DNA from: Chromera velia
Lineage: Eukaryota
Assembly (NCBI GenBank): GCA_018398765.1
Contig: JAHBMJ010000179.1
Span: 62,001-126,000 of the forward strand
Length of the DNA: 64,000 nt
Direction: 5' to 3'
Position numbers and translations under genes: made by a program. Positions 62,755 through 64,000 of this stretch are shown here, piece by piece (the first letter of the stretch is position 1; each line of letters opens with the position of its first letter). The notes beneath the pieces are model-generated. The model was not told the origin of the DNA. It did not search any database and worked only from the letters and a program-made list of their open reading frames with translations.

Positions 62755-63291
62755 GCTCGATGATGATCAATTGATCTGTGCGTGTGTTGAAAAACATTTT
62801 TCTTGCATGCTTTCTTTCTCTGGGAGACGTCGGTCTTTTTCGCCTTTCTTTCTTTGTTTTTGACTTTCGTGCTTCGACGCGTGCCCGTCCGTGTCGGCAC
62901 GTCTCTGACTGACTTTGTCCGAAGCCAACGGAATTACTGCATCGACGGATGGAGAACGCTCATTGGATTGTACCACTCGTCAGCAGCAGTTCATGCCTCA
63001 GTTCGTGCCTGAACTCTTGTGCGTCTCTTCTTTACTGTAGGCGGCTGTTCGTTTTTCTTTGTTCTGGCTTGGAAAGAACTTTGGCCGTCTCCGTTCTCTC
63101 AGCCTTTGTCGCTTCCCGTCCCCTTCTTCTTATGGCTTCAATATGCATGGTCGGTGGTGGGTGGGAGGGTGTCGGTGGGTGGGGCACCATGGGTGTTCAG
63201 GGGGCGCCGGGGCGGCGTAAATGAGGGACTCAATGAATGTCAAATGTTCTCCAGTCGACTTCTTCTCTAGCTTCTTCTTTTGTTGCTTGAT

Positions 63292-63331
<40 letters not shown>

Positions 63332-63640
63332 ATCAGTGACTTAAAGTGTTTGAATTGGTTTGAGTCATGCTGTATGAATGTAGAAGAACAGTCTAAAAAC
63401 TTCAAAGTTCAAACTGGAATTCAATCTAGAATTCAAATCATTTTAAAAGTCTGGGATAACTTTAATTTTTGTGTGAAAATTCCATCACACCGAACAATAC
63501 TCTGAACTAGATACCGACCCTAGTACCAAACCCTAGCTAGACCGAACTACACCGAAGTTGACCGAACTTACCATACAGTTAACTCTTTCATCATACTCAT
63601 TCGATCAATCTGAAACAATTATTTGTGCTGTTTACTCATA

Positions 63641-63675
<35 letters not shown>

Positions 63676-64000
63676 TGTATATATATATATATATATATAA
63701 TTTATGTCACAAATTCAAAAAAAAAAAACTCATAATTGGAATTCTGTCACACCATCACTATAGCACTATAATTTAATTCTTAATTTAATTTGATCGGTGT
63801 AACTTGTTTGAAATCGAGTTTTAATCTAGGTTTTCATCGAATTTAAAAATTAGCTAACACATTAGAACCTAATACCCAGCCTGCAGCCCGGCCAATATAT
63901 ACTTAGCTAGGTCCTATAGGATCATACAACCTGAATAATAAAATTGCTGCCCCTGCAATTATTGACAATCTAGTTGATCTAGTAGTTAATACTAGAGTTG

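Noticed and set aside
1..64000. tRNA, rRNA or snoRNA genes
   Set aside because: None were recognised by eye. A covariance-model search would be needed to exclude them.

Overview
Eukaryotic, intron-rich genomic DNA with GT-AG introns, GTCAGT/GTGAGT donors and microsatellite-laden introns. The style suggests a chromerid alveolate such as Chromera (inference only). I reconstructed ten loci by hand, arranged as five consecutive head-to-head pairs: RRM-like gene (partial) / asparagine synthetase; probable TFIIIC subunit GTF3C4 / ribosomal protein eL28; divergent Ser/Thr kinase / long-chain acyl-CoA synthetase pseudogene; small-helical-domain putative regulator / tandem CCCH zinc-finger protein; class-3 lipase / P-loop GTPase with coiled coil and TM helices. 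Every tail-to-tail junction holds an AT-rich, CTAG-rich island, several with transposon debris. These include two MITE-like elements of one family (CTAGGC termini, perfect 8-bp TSDs) and LINE 3' ends. A ~3.4-kb segment is duplicated, giving two unrelated genes the same 3' flank. The most notable observations are: a recurrent palindrome-forming 4-nt insertion signature (XY to XY-revcomp-XY) that inactivated the acyl-CoA synthetase; a RIP-like CAG-to-TAG signature in the islands; and an intron-poor lipase + GTPase pair that is a candidate defence or membrane-remodelling module. Most ORFs in the six-frame track are spurious products of introns and microsatellites.
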